Assembly: GCA_963843555.1 (NCBI GenBank)
Contig: CAWJKV010000003.1
Location: 1-64,000, forward strand
Origin: an uncultured Methanosarcinales archaeon
GTDB taxonomy: Archaea; Halobacteriota; Methanosarcinia; Methanotrichales; Methanotrichaceae
DNA: 64,000 nucleotides
Direction of reading: 5' to 3'
Shown here: in pieces, positions 1-9,914 of the stretch
How the letters are laid out: every line of letters begins with the position of its first letter
How positions within the stretch are numbered: position 1 is the first letter of the stretch
Made by a program: the position numbers and the translations under genes
Notes under the pieces: generated by a model
What the model saw: only the letters and a program-made list of their open reading frames with translations
The model's database searches: none
What the model was told of the DNA's origin: nothing

Positions 1-1401
1 GGAGGCTACTATCCCCAGTGGTTTCTCTCCCGGGCGGTTTCAAATGGATTATCTCTTTCGAATTCATCCCTACCTGGAGTGCGACCAGGAGTTCTGCCAC
101 TGGAATCTTATGCTGGCCGATGAGCATCTCCCTTACCGGCAGGTGACAATCTATATCCATGATCCCAACGGTCTGATGGTCCAATTCTTTCCCCACCCGG
201 ATATGAATTATCGGAAGGAGGGAGATTCCGTCATCACCGGGAGCAGCCCCGAGGACGGACTCTTAGAGGTGGAGATGCTCCTCAGTCCGGAGGCATCAGG
301 GTTCATACAGGGCTTCCCACGCCAGGTATCAGATGTCCAGTCGAAAACGCTCTCTGCCCAGGGAGGAGGCATTGACCTTCTCTTCTTCATATTGCGAGCA
401 ATGGTAGTAATATTTCCCTCCTGCTCATACTCATCTATTACAGGTTTGGCAGGGAGAAGCGCTATACTGTGCCTAAAGTTCTAGCACCATACCATCGAGT
501 AGAAAGCCATGGCTGGTCAACATGGTCTTCAAGGGGGTAACGCCTACGACTTTGATCAAGACGGATTTTATGCCACGGTGCTGGACTTATCCCGGCGCGA
601 TATCATAAAAATAGACACAGCATTTGGCACAAAGATAATACTGCTTCCTGCGATTGATCGCGATATCGATAGCTATGAACGAAGCTCTGATTTTTTCAAG
701 GATAACTCCTGGAAAAATGCTTTTTCTGCCCAGGGCTTTGAGGAAAAGGTGAAGGCTGGCGAGGTCTTATGATACGGATGTGTGAGCTGGCCCGGCTGCA
801 TGAGAGTATGGATGGACTTTTGCATTATATCAATGAAAAGGCGGTTAGTGATTTCGTAGTTGGAAGGGGCTTAAGAACACTGGGTTTGAGGATGCCAATC
901 AGGCAATTGGCCATTCCTCTAATTTGGGCTGCAGTCTTCCTCTTCCTTACTCTAAGTGGATCGAATCTCCTTTCCAATCCACTGGCAATAACTTCGATGA
1001 TCCTGGTTCTGCAGGCTTCCGTAGTTGCATTTGCTCCATCAACCCTCTTCGGCAGGTGGAAAGATGAATTCTATAAAGAAAAACTGGAGTGGGATGCGTT
1101 CGGCGCATTTCTTTCCGACTTCGCCATGATTCAGAGGTATGCCCCACAAGATCTGAACATGTGGAAGGAATGGCTGGTATATGGCACGGCTCTCGGAGTG
1201 GGGAAAAAGGTGGCGGAGGCAATGGCCGATTTAAACATCGCCATTCCGGAGGCTGTGGCCATCCACAGTATGAGTACTAGCTTCAGCCACGCTTACTCCT
1301 CCAGCTCACCAAGATCGAGCAGCTCTGGTGGGTCAGGAGGAGGAGGAGGCGGTTTTGGAGGGGGCGGCGGTGGAGGCGGTGGTGGAGGGGGCGCCAGGTG
1401 A
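1..1401 (+). CDS. DUF2207-family membrane protein, 5' part outside the window, split by frameshifts (~410-480, ~535, ~770)
   Basis: ORFs 44..484, 509..772 and 769..1401 are collinear with the intact paralog 6081..8774 (HWNL-LAD-HLPY, FDxDGFYAT, YKEKLEWDAF, WKEWLVYGTALGVG, Gly-rich tail). Confidence 0.8.
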
Positions 1402-1493
1402 TCCTTCCTGGCTCTTTTCCATCCAATTATCGAGCTGCCACTATTTTACCTTATTACCAGCGCTTGAAAAGAATGGCATATCTTCTGGGCAAA

Positions 1494-1632
1494 ATAGTCG
1501 TCTCCGTCCGTTCGTCCTCTGTGCGCTCAGCGACTCTGCGGTTTTCTTCCGTAAACCACCAGGGTTAATTATCCTGCTACGGTTAATAAACACAAAGAGC
1601 CCATAGAATTCACAGAGAAGGCACAGAGGAAT
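1494..1632. repeat. REP-like intergenic inverted repeat (CTCTGTG/CTCTGCG...CACAGAG family), copy 1
   Basis: tcctctgtgcgctcagcgactctgcggttttcttccgta...cacagagaaggcacagagga; near-identical to 26243-26363. Confidence 0.75.
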
Positions 1633-1706
1633 CGAACATCCCTTTACCCACTCGATACAGCGAAGAGCCGATCATTTCTTTAACCCTGGGCGACCAAGTG
1701 TGAGCA

Positions 1707-2678
1707 ATGGATCTGGAGACCAAAGCCCAACTTCTTGCGGTGGGAACGGTGCAGCTGGCCATGCCTCAATCCTGCGGCCAGGTATCCACAGCGGGCCCTG
1801 GTGCTGGAGGCCAGTCCGTCTTTTTCCAGTCAGGCCCGCGGATAGTGCGCCTTTCCGTAGCCGCAAGCTCGCCATTGCGTCTGGAGAGCCGCCCGGGTGG
1901 AGTGGCCATTTTAAAGGACGATATGGAGATCGCCTGCGGCCGGCTTGTGAATCCGCTCTTGCATTGCCCGGAGCAGGCTTACATCACTGTCTCGGAGCGC
2001 TGCATCTTTGACTGCAAATTCTGTGCCGTGCCCAAATTGAAAGGCGGTGTGAAGTCCCGGCAAACAGTGCGAAGAATGGTGGAAGAGGCAAGCAAGACCG
2101 GAAATCTGCGAAGCATCTCCCTGACCAGCGGAGTGGAGGAGTCGCCTCAGCTGGAGGCGAGCCGTGTGGCTGGGGTCGTTCGCGATCTAATGGACTTTGG
2201 CGTGCCCATCGGCGTCTCCATCAGTCCCTTTCCCGGCGTCAATCAAATTCTAAGAGATGCAGGCACAGTTGAGGTCAAGTACAACCTCGAGACCGTGGAT
2301 CAGGAGCTGTTCGCCAGGTTATGCCCTGGCATCTCTTTTCAGGAGATCAAAGATGCCTTGCAGGAAGCAGTCGCCATATTCGGCCGCAACCGGGTCTTCT
2401 CCAATGTCATTATGGGCCTGGGCGAATCCGATAAAACAATGCGTCAGGGCATCGATATGTTGACAGAGATGGGCGTCCTGCCGATCTTGCGGGCTGCATA
2501 TCCTCATCCCCTGAGGGCTGAGGAGGTGGAGATCAGCCGGCCCCCAGCGGAGAGGCTGCTGGAAATGGCTTGCTATCTGAAGAGGAAGCTAGATGAGAAT
2601 GATCTGGATGGCAGACTTGCTCTTACGGGCTGCTATCAATGCTCGGGCTGCGATCTTGCCCCGGGCAAGGATCTTTAG
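1707..2678 (+). CDS. Radical SAM protein (biotin-synthase-related family)
   Basis: CxxxCxxC motif CIFDCKFC, YNLETVD, NVIMGLGE, C-terminal CxxCxxCD. Confidence 0.85.
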   Translation: MDLETKAQLLAVGTVQLAMPQSCGQVSTAGPGAGGQSVFFQSGPRIVRLSVAASSPLRLESRPGGVAILKDDMEIACGRLVNPLLHCPEQAYITVSERCIFDCKFCAVPKLKGGVKSRQTVRRMVEEASKTGNLRSISLTSGVEESPQLEASRVAGVVRDLMDFGVPIGVSISPFPGVNQILRDAGTVEVKYNLETVDQELFARLCPGISFQEIKDALQEAVAIFGRNRVFSNVIMGLGESDKTMRQGIDMLTEMGVLPILRAAYPHPLRAEEVEISRPPAERLLEMACYLKRKLDENDLDGRLALTGCYQCSGCDLAPGKDL

Positions 2679-2736
2679 GGCGCTCAGAACTCAATATCCT
2701 CATCATGGGTCAGACAGGCCTTATCATCATTGCGCC
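2679..2736 (-). ncRNA. Box C/D methylation guide sRNA
   Basis: Minus strand GGCGC-a-ATGATGA-taaggcctgt-CTGA-ccc-ATGATGA-ggatattgagtt-CTGA-GCGCC: perfect C, D', C' and D boxes, 10 and 12 nt guides, 5-bp terminal stem. Confidence 0.92.
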
Positions 2737-2824
2737 ACCGGGATGAATCGTTCGAAAGGATTTAGTACTCATGGATCTATCGCCTCTTAACACGGGATTT
2801 GTAAAAAGTAATACTGGTGTTTCC

Positions 2825-3217
2825 ATGAAAGACGTAGGCATACTTGTACTCGGGCATGGTTCCAGCCTGCCTTACAATAAAGAGCTGGTGGAATCGCTCG
2901 CTCAGATGATCGGCAAAAACCACACGGGGCCAGTCAGGACCGCTTATCTTAATATGAACCAGCCCGACATCCCGGCTGGGCTGAAGAGCTTCGAAGGCAC
3001 CAATGTGAAAAAGATCGTGGCCTTGCCGCTCTTCCTGGCTCATGGCGTTCACACCCGCCAGGATATCCCCCACGAGCTGGGCGTGGACCCGGAGAAGCGC
3101 AGAGGCATTTTGAATATATGGGGCGAAGAGGTGGAGGTCATCTGCGCTGAGCCCCTGGGCGTGGATGAATGCATTGCAGCACTGGCATGCACGCGGGCCG
3201 AAGAAGCGCTAAGATAG
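2825..3217 (+). CDS. cfbA: Sirohydrochlorin nickelochelatase (F430 biosynthesis)
   Basis: CbiX-S-like GHGS and PLFLAHGVH motifs; next to cfbE and cfbD; start taken at MKDVGIL. Confidence 0.9.
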   Translation: MKDVGILVLGHGSSLPYNKELVESLAQMIGKNHTGPVRTAYLNMNQPDIPAGLKSFEGTNVKKIVALPLFLAHGVHTRQDIPHELGVDPEKRRGILNIWGEEVEVICAEPLGVDECIAALACTRAEEALR

Positions 3218-4422
3218 CCGTACTCGATACCATCCACGGGGGAGCCGTTATCGCCCGCAAGATGGTCGATTCGGGCCTGGACGCTGTTGCCCTGGAGGTG
3301 TATCACCACACCGCCAGCCTGGCAGGATTTGATGAGGTTGCTGCCCCAGTGCACCTGGGGCCGAATAATCCTCACTTAGTCGAGGCCAGGAGACTGAAGA
3401 AGAAGATCATCACTCACCATCAAGCGGTAGGCGAACTCCTGGGGCCGTCTCTGAGCGGGGTGGTGGTCTTCGAGGTGACAGGAACTCACAGCAAGACCTC
3501 GACGGCGCTGTTGCTTGCAACGATGCTCTCCCGCCAAAAAAAGGTCTTATCGCATACCACCCGCGGCCTGGAGATCTGGAATGCGGGAGAGCCCCGTCTC
3601 CTGAAAAAGAATCTAAGCATCACTCCGGGAAATGTGATCATAGCCGCCGAGGTGGCTGCCGCCCAGGAGGCAGCCGCTCTGATATGTGAGATCTCTCTGG
3701 GCGGTACAGGCCTGGCAGACTATGGGATACTGACCAGCTTTTCCGGAGACTACCGCATTGCAGAAGCCTCAAAATGGGCCAGCACTGCCAAGCTGCAGAT
3801 GGTCTCCCTGGCCAGGAAGGGCGCAAAGCTGCTCGCCAATGCTGATGCCAGAATCTCGGCCGATACTTCTTTTGCCATTGGAGGACAGGTCGATGCCAGA
3901 CCGGACAGATTGGTCTTTGGCAACGACGAGCGGCCAATATCTTTAGGCCAGGATCTGGACTTTATCGGCTACCAGACGGCAATAGCCGCAGCCTCAGCCG
4001 CGGCCGATGCCTCAGGATTGGAGAGAGACGAGATTGCCCTGGCTTTAGAGGACTTTGATGGCTTTTCCGGACGGATGAAGATCAAACGCATGCAAGGCAT
4101 GACCTTCTTCGACAACTCCAACTCCGGTCTCAAAGTCAGGGATGTAGCAAGGGCATTGGATCGGGCTCAGGGCCCCGATTTGGCCGTCGTGGTGGGTGAG
4201 GATTCAGAAACCGTATGTGAGGGCCTGGATATACCTGCCCTGACAGAGCTTCTCCGGCAGAGGCGCGTCCAGATATCAAAGCTGATTCTTGTGGGGAAAA
4301 GGCTGGAACCCCTGGCGGCGGAGCTGGGGGCTGAAACCGCAAAGAACCTGGCCGAAGGGCTGGGAAAGGCAGAGAAAGGCGGCCTGGAAAGGCTGCTATC
4401 GTGTGTGAAATGCTTTAGGTGA
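3187..4422 (+). CDS. cfbE: Coenzyme F430 synthase (Mur-ligase-like)
   Basis: IAVLDTIHGG, EVTGTHSKTSTA, EISLGGTG, DNSNSG, C-terminal SCVKCFR; start uncertain (3169 or 3187). Confidence 0.88.
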   Translation: MHAGRRSAKIAVLDTIHGGAVIARKMVDSGLDAVALEVYHHTASLAGFDEVAAPVHLGPNNPHLVEARRLKKKIITHHQAVGELLGPSLSGVVVFEVTGTHSKTSTALLLATMLSRQKKVLSHTTRGLEIWNAGEPRLLKKNLSITPGNVIIAAEVAAAQEAAALICEISLGGTGLADYGILTSFSGDYRIAEASKWASTAKLQMVSLARKGAKLLANADARISADTSFAIGGQVDARPDRLVFGNDERPISLGQDLDFIGYQTAIAAASAAADASGLERDEIALALEDFDGFSGRMKIKRMQGMTFFDNSNSGLKVRDVARALDRAQGPDLAVVVGEDSETVCEGLDIPALTELLRQRRVQISKLILVGKRLEPLAAELGAETAKNLAEGLGKAEKGGLERLLSCVKCFR

Positions 4423-4430
4423 TATGAAAT

Positions 4431-5540
4431 ATGGCGAACGAGAAAAACTTGACAATACTTCATCCCAGGCCCAGCTCCATCGTGGCTGCTCTTTACACTC
4501 TGCGTGACCTCGGGGCCGAGGTGGTCATACTGCATGGCCCAAGTGGATGCTGCTTCAAGCATGCCCGTCTCCTGGAAGAGGACGGCGTGCGCGTTCTGAC
4601 CACCGCACTGGATGAAGCAGGATTCGTCTTCGGAGGCCAGCGGCCGCTAACCAGTCTTCTCAAGAAAGCCATGGAATTGTTCCATCCCCGGCTCATGGCG
4701 ATCTCAGGAACCTGCAGCAGCATGATCATCGGCGATGACCTGCATCAGGCCGTGCTGGACGCAGATCTGGGAATACCCGTCCTGGAGGTGGAGGTTCATG
4801 CCGGCTACAGAGATAATACCAAAGGTGTGATCCTGACCCTGGAGGCGGCGAAGGACATAGGGATCATCGATGAGGCAGAGTTCCTCCGGCAAAAGACCCT
4901 GCTGGAGAAAGCCACCGAGGTGGAGAGGCTCTACGGGGCGGCGAGTAGTGAGTACCTGGCGCCGGAAAGAGGCGACCTCAAGTTTGAAGCGGCAGGAAGA
5001 CTTCTACAGCTTATCAGAGAAGGAAAGCGCGGCCTGAATATCCTCAACGCCAAGAAGGAGACCGCATATATGTTTGCAGATATAACTGCGGCCGTAGCTG
5101 AGGTTGCGGGCGACCAGGTAGATACTCTGGCCAACCTGGATGACCAGGTAGGGCTGCCAAAAGTAAGAAGGGACGCCGGCAATGTCGCTCGCGACCTCAG
5201 AGAGAGGAACGTGGACTTCAAGCTCATCGGCGGACTGGACGAGTATCCTGTGACAGGTGATGCAGTCACGCGACTTGCCTCGGAGGGCCACTACGACTTT
5301 GCCGTCATCTCTGGCGTGCCCCATGCCCTCCCTGTATCGGCTCTACAGGGCCTGGAGATCTTTTCCATCACCAACGGGCCCCGCCAGGTCAGGCCGCTGC
5401 GCGACCTGGGCCACCAGCATGTCCTGGTCGAGATTGACCTCCATCCCAAGACTATGGGCGTGACCTCCCTCGTGGAATCAGAGTTCGGAGCTACACTCCG
5501 GGCCCTGAATAAAGCCAAAGCTAAAGAAGAGATGCTCTGA
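4431..5540 (+). CDS. cfbD: Ni-sirohydrochlorin a,c-diamide reductive cyclase catalytic subunit (NifD-like)
   Basis: [45 protein letters not shown]. Confidence 0.93.
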   Translation: MANEKNLTILHPRPSSIVAALYTLRDLGAEVVILHGPSGCCFKHARLLEEDGVRVLTTALDEAGFVFGGQRPLTSLLKKAMELFHPRLMAISGTCSSMIIGDDLHQAVLDADLGIPVLEVEVHAGYRDNTKGVILTLEAAKDIGIIDEAEFLRQKTLLEKATEVERLYGAASSEYLAPERGDLKFEAAGRLLQLIREGKRGLNILNAKKETAYMFADITAAVAEVAGDQVDTLANLDDQVGLPKVRRDAGNVARDLRERNVDFKLIGGLDEYPVTGDAVTRLASEGHYDFAVISGVPHALPVSALQGLEIFSITNGPRQVRPLRDLGHQHVLVEIDLHPKTMGVTSLVESEFGATLRALNKAKAKEEML

Positions 5541-5556
5541 AAAAGAGCATTTTTTT

Positions 5557-5823
5557 TTATAATGCGTTGGGCAGTTCCGTCAGCAACGCATATATGACAA
5601 AGCCAATGGTACCGATGATGCCGATGCCTGCCATGGATATCTTGGCAATCATGGTGAACTCTTCCCGGCTGGGTTTTCGGGCCAGCTTCAAGACCCGGAT
5701 ATACTCCCTTACGTTCGTAGAAGGCATGGTGACGCCGAGATCCACGTCATCCAGCTTATTCTTGAGATCGAGCTTCTCCTTTAAAGAGCTCTTCTTCTCA
5801 GTCTCATTAGTTCCCTCGCTCAT
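5557..5823 (-). CDS. secE: Protein translocase SecE/Sec61-gamma subunit
   Basis: EYIRVLKLARKPSREEF followed by one C-terminal TM helix. Confidence 0.9.
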   Translation of the reverse strand: MSEGTNETEKKSSLKEKLDLKNKLDDVDLGVTMPSTNVREYIRVLKLARKPSREEFTMIAKISMAGIGIIGTIGFVIYALLTELPNAL

Positions 5824-6080
5824 TCTCCACGTGGAATGAATTGGAGAATAAAAAAGCTTTCGATCAAAAGAGCGCCTGGCCCTAAGGAGGGGTCAGGCGA
5901 GATATAGGATCACGGGGACGACCGGATGCCTGCAAGACGGCATCTTCCCCGGGCGGACAATACCCGGGAGACAGAGGATGGAGCGCACTTCAACAACTCC
6001 AGCCTGAATGAGCATCTGATAAAACGGAGGAGGTCGATCATGTCGGCCAGGCGGTCAAAATTCAGGCATGTGGCTTAGCC

Positions 6081-8774
6081 TTACCTGGCTCCACCACCAC
6101 CTCCACCGTGTCCTCCTCCGCCACCGCCGCCACCACGTCCACCGCCACCAAAACCGCCTCCTCCGCCGGAGTGAGAGTGGGATCCACCCCAACTACCGCC
6201 AGAACTCATGTGCTCCCGAGCGGCTATCTCCGATTTGGTAATCACATGCTCTGTTGACCTGGAATAGGCTCGCTCGAAATGGGCGGGCGCAAAAGTGACC
6301 GCATGAACCTCCGGAATGGCTGGTATCTTGAGCTGATCCATGGACTTGACAACATTCTTGCCCACGCCAAGAGCGGTTCCATAGACCAGCCAATCCTTCC
6401 AGATGCTGATATCCTCGGGAATATACTTCTGTATCATGGCATAGTCGGAAAGGAATGCGCGGAACGCATCCCACTCCAGCTTCTCCTTATAGTAATCCCG
6501 GTTCCACCTGCCAAAGAAGGCACGAGGAGCTGCGAAGGCTGGGAGGCAGGATTGGGCCAGGAAGACCACTGCCGAGTAGAAACCCAAATACAGTTGAGGA
6601 TAGTCATCTGCAAGTATGAGGCATAGAATTCCGGTGCCAGCAATCAACGCCATGGGCAATATTGCCATCATCGCCTTCGCTTTGCCGTAGTTGGTGAAGA
6701 ACTCGCGCCCGAAAGCTTCGCCTGGACCAGCCATCAGACTGGTCATGTTGCCACAAATTTCATTAAGTTCATTCAATGCAGATGTTGAGTCGTTATAGGC
6801 GCGGTTGCGCAGGCTTTCGATCTTCCTCTCAAAGGAGTTGTAGGAAAAGACCCCATCCACTGCATCTTTGTGAAGGAAGTTCAACACACTTCGTTCATAA
6901 TCATCTTCGGCATCAGCTGGCTCCTTGAGCAGCCTTATCTTCAGGTCGTTTGCCTCATCTGATAAGATTTCCACCAGATCTTGTCTGTGTAAGTTGAGGA
7001 TGGTTGCATAGAATCCATCTTTATCGAAGTCGAAGGGATCGCCTTTGAAGATCAGGTTTACCTGCCAGGGCTTTCTCTTATTTGGGACATAGCTCAGGCT
7101 GGCTGGAACTGTAAAGAACCTCTCTTTGCCGAACCGGCCATAGACCAGTAAGAGTATCAGAGGGGCTAGAAGAACCAGAAGCCTCATTACGATGCTATAG
7201 GCTGTGGCCAGGAGGTCACTCCAGGAATGAGATGCCTCTTCCCTCTGAAACTGTGCTGCTACATCCTCGGATGGCTGCACAAATCCCTGCATTGACAGGG
7301 ATGGCTCTGACTTGAGCAGAAGATCGATCTGCAATGGTTGGTCCTGATGGCTGGAGCCGCTGATGACCCAATCTGTTCCGTCTCTCTTGACATCCATTTT
7401 AGGGACGGTGAAAAGGCCAGGGATGTGCTCTTCTGGGTCATGGACTGTAACCGCCAGATGCCTGTAGGGAAGATGTTCATTCGCCAAATTCAGTCTGATA
7501 TAAGAATGGTCATCGTCGGAAAGGATGGCGGGATGGACAACAGATTTGTAGCCTGCATCCAGAGATGTCCGGAAGTTGGAACTCATGATGTAATGGCCTA
7601 TTTCGTTATTGTCAGAAATGTCAGCGATTCTCCCGCCGTAGGGCCACAGCTCATAACTGGACGAAGGGTAGTAGGTTCCATTGGGTGCAAGAATCCTCGC
7701 CCCGTTAATGTCATCTTTTATATAGGGAATGGTCCCTTTCGGGGCAAGGACCCTGACCGGCTCGACATAAGGTTCATTGAGAGGCTCGGCGCTGAGAGGC
7801 GTCTTCCAATTTCGATATAGCATCCTGTATTTGCCGGATTGGCGAATAGCATATTGGAAAGTCTCCTTGAGGGTCCCATTCAGGTAGACGTCTGCACTGT
7901 AGCTATCTACCCAGATGGAACCGAGCGTCCCGGGTAAGGGGGCAATCTCTTGAGCTGGATCCTGGGATACAGTGTAATCTGCATTTGCGGATAAGGTCTT
8001 GCCTTCGACATCAGACACATTTCTGGGAAATCCGTCTATGAACTTCGCGGCTCTTGATTTGAGGAGCATCTCCACCCGGAGGGGCTCATCCTGGGGACAA
8101 AACCCGGTCATCACCCAGGTATCGCCAACTTTTCTAGTGGCCATTTTAGGTTGGGTGAAGAGCTGCACCAAATCGCCCCGGGGATCGTGTACTCTGATGG
8201 TCGAATTCTCATAAGGCAGATGCGTGTCTGCCAGCAGAAGATTCCAGTGAATATAATGCACATCCTGTTCCAGGGGCGGATGAATCGTGAAGATGTATCC
8301 AATCTCCTCTGAGCCGACATCAAAGTATGAGGGATTGTAACATCCTGCTTCGTCCCATTCTGCCAGGGAATTGACCACCCGGGTGTATCTGAACTCATCA
8401 GGAAAGGCGACCATGGTGCCGTCCTCATCCATTACCAGCAGGTCTCCTTGCCAGTTCCGGGCATAGGACAATGTCCCCGGTATGGGCACAAAGCCAGATG
8501 TCTCAACGTAGGGTCGGTCAAGTTTCTTGAAGGACAGGGGATAGGTCCAGGGGCGAGAGATCCTGTTTAGATATGAGCCATCCATTTTGTATCTGAACTG
8601 CTCATTTAAGGTTCCATTCAGAAAGAAGTCTGCCCGGTAATCGTCCACATACTTGTTTCCCAAATGGATATTCTCGCGGGCAAGGCCGGGGATGCCTCCC
8701 ATAAGGTACAATCCTGCCAGGCCGACGATGAATACAGCGGCCATGAGAATGGTTATCTGTTGCTCCTCTCTCAA
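6081..8774 (-). CDS. DUF2207-family membrane protein with tandem duplicated extracellular domain
   Basis: 897 aa; N-terminal TM; two repeats starting YVDDYRADFFLNGTL and WVDSYSADVYLNGTL; Gly-rich tail; downstream of lemA. Confidence 0.85.
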   Translation of the reverse strand: MREEQQITILMAAVFIVGLAGLYLMGGIPGLARENIHLGNKYVDDYRADFFLNGTLNEQFRYKMDGSYLNRISRPWTYPLSFKKLDRPYVETSGFVPIPGTLSYARNWQGDLLVMDEDGTMVAFPDEFRYTRVVNSLAEWDEAGCYNPSYFDVGSEEIGYIFTIHPPLEQDVHYIHWNLLLADTHLPYENSTIRVHDPRGDLVQLFTQPKMATRKVGDTWVMTGFCPQDEPLRVEMLLKSRAAKFIDGFPRNVSDVEGKTLSANADYTVSQDPAQEIAPLPGTLGSIWVDSYSADVYLNGTLKETFQYAIRQSGKYRMLYRNWKTPLSAEPLNEPYVEPVRVLAPKGTIPYIKDDINGARILAPNGTYYPSSSYELWPYGGRIADISDNNEIGHYIMSSNFRTSLDAGYKSVVHPAILSDDDHSYIRLNLANEHLPYRHLAVTVHDPEEHIPGLFTVPKMDVKRDGTDWVISGSSHQDQPLQIDLLLKSEPSLSMQGFVQPSEDVAAQFQREEASHSWSDLLATAYSIVMRLLVLLAPLILLLVYGRFGKERFFTVPASLSYVPNKRKPWQVNLIFKGDPFDFDKDGFYATILNLHRQDLVEILSDEANDLKIRLLKEPADAEDDYERSVLNFLHKDAVDGVFSYNSFERKIESLRNRAYNDSTSALNELNEICGNMTSLMAGPGEAFGREFFTNYGKAKAMMAILPMALIAGTGILCLILADDYPQLYLGFYSAVVFLAQSCLPAFAAPRAFFGRWNRDYYKEKLEWDAFRAFLSDYAMIQKYIPEDISIWKDWLVYGTALGVGKNVVKSMDQLKIPAIPEVHAVTFAPAHFERAYSRSTEHVITKSEIAAREHMSSGGSWGGSHSHSGGGGGFGGGGRGGGGGGGGHGGGGGGAR

Positions 8775-8864
8775 TTATCACACCCCCAGATTTTTTTGAT
8801 TACACCCCAGGGCCCATGCCAGATCTTTTAAAAAAATTGCTCCTATCAATTGGATTTTTTCATT

Positions 8865-9465
8865 TCAGTCCCATTTTGCCTCAGGCAAGCGAGGCTCGAT
8901 CTCCTCTGAGGTAAGATAACCCTTCTGACGCAACTCATCCTCTTCGAAGTTGAGATACTCCTGCTTATGCATTCTCGCATAGGTGCCGATAAAGCTCGAT
9001 GGGCAGGGTGTCAAGCATGGTATTGAACTCCTGGATGATGTTGTTGTAAGTGTACCTGTGCCTGGAGATCTCGTCTTCCACCTCGCGAATGGCATTCATA
9101 GTAGTGATGACTGCCTCCGAGGTCTTGAGAGGGGGATAGCTCTCCGCCACCGCTTTGATGTCGGCAAGCAAGCTGCGGCTGTCACTGTTGATCTTCTGGA
9201 TCTCCACCGGCCGGGCATCCCCCAGGCCCGTACGCAGGCGGGTGATCTTCTCATGTGTCTCCTGCTCGAAGTGAGCATAGCTCTTCACGGAGTCCACGAG
9301 CTGCTCCACCATATCCAGCCTCTTCTTCATGGCCACGCGGATCTGAGAGAGGGTTGCTTCGGCGCCGTTTCTCAGGCTTTGCAGGCGGTTATATGCGGTG
9401 ACGAAATAAAATATTATTACTATCAGCAACGCCAACAAGACAAAGAGAATAGTGGATAAATCCAT
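8865..9465 (-). CDS. lemA: LemA family protein (frameshift near 8990)
   Basis: TM then YNRLQSLRN, SQIRVAMKKRLD, AVAESYPPLK, RYTYNNIIQEFN; C-terminus continues in ORF 8865..9095. Confidence 0.88.
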
Positions 9466-9467
9466 GG

Positions 9468-9839
9468 TCAGGGCTCTTTTGCCCCCTCGACCTCCACATG
9501 AGCCTCCTTCTTGCGGGAAAGGCTATCCAGGAACTCAGGGATAGCTTCTACCAGATGCTCTGTCAGAGAGTGCTGGCTCTCCTTCAGCCTCTCTATTCTG
9601 ACACCCTGCTGATCGATTATCACCACCGCGACGGGCTTCATGCCCAGGCCCCCGCCGCCTCCTCCCGGATTATCCTCCTTTCCAGATCCAGTCCCTGCGC
9701 CAAAGCCCATGCCCACGCTCACCAGAGGGACTATGGTTCTTCCCTCCACAGTGATTGGATCGCCAACCACAGTTCGGGCGGAGAGGGACTTTTGTATCTC
9801 ACCGGTTATGGTTTTCAGTATGTCTGTCAGTCCATCCAT
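9468..9839 (-). CDS. GerW/YtfJ family protein
   Basis: TVVGDPITVEGRTIVPLVSVGMGFGAG...GGGGG...PVAVVII pattern. Confidence 0.85.
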   Translation of the reverse strand: MDGLTDILKTITGEIQKSLSARTVVGDPITVEGRTIVPLVSVGMGFGAGTGSGKEDNPGGGGGGLGMKPVAVVIIDQQGVRIERLKESQHSLTEHLVEAIPEFLDSLSRKKEAHVEVEGAKEP

Positions 9840-9914
9840 GTTTCTGACTCCAATTAAAATATGGTCGCTGATGGATGAAAAAGCTTTCTTTCTGCTCTAA
9901 AGTGAAAGGAAATA

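Noticed and set aside
5973..6020. Fluoride riboswitch or C/D sRNA
   Set aside because: GATGGAG and CTGA words are present, but the matching 3' CTGATGACTCC and proper box spacing are not, and no gene follows on that strand
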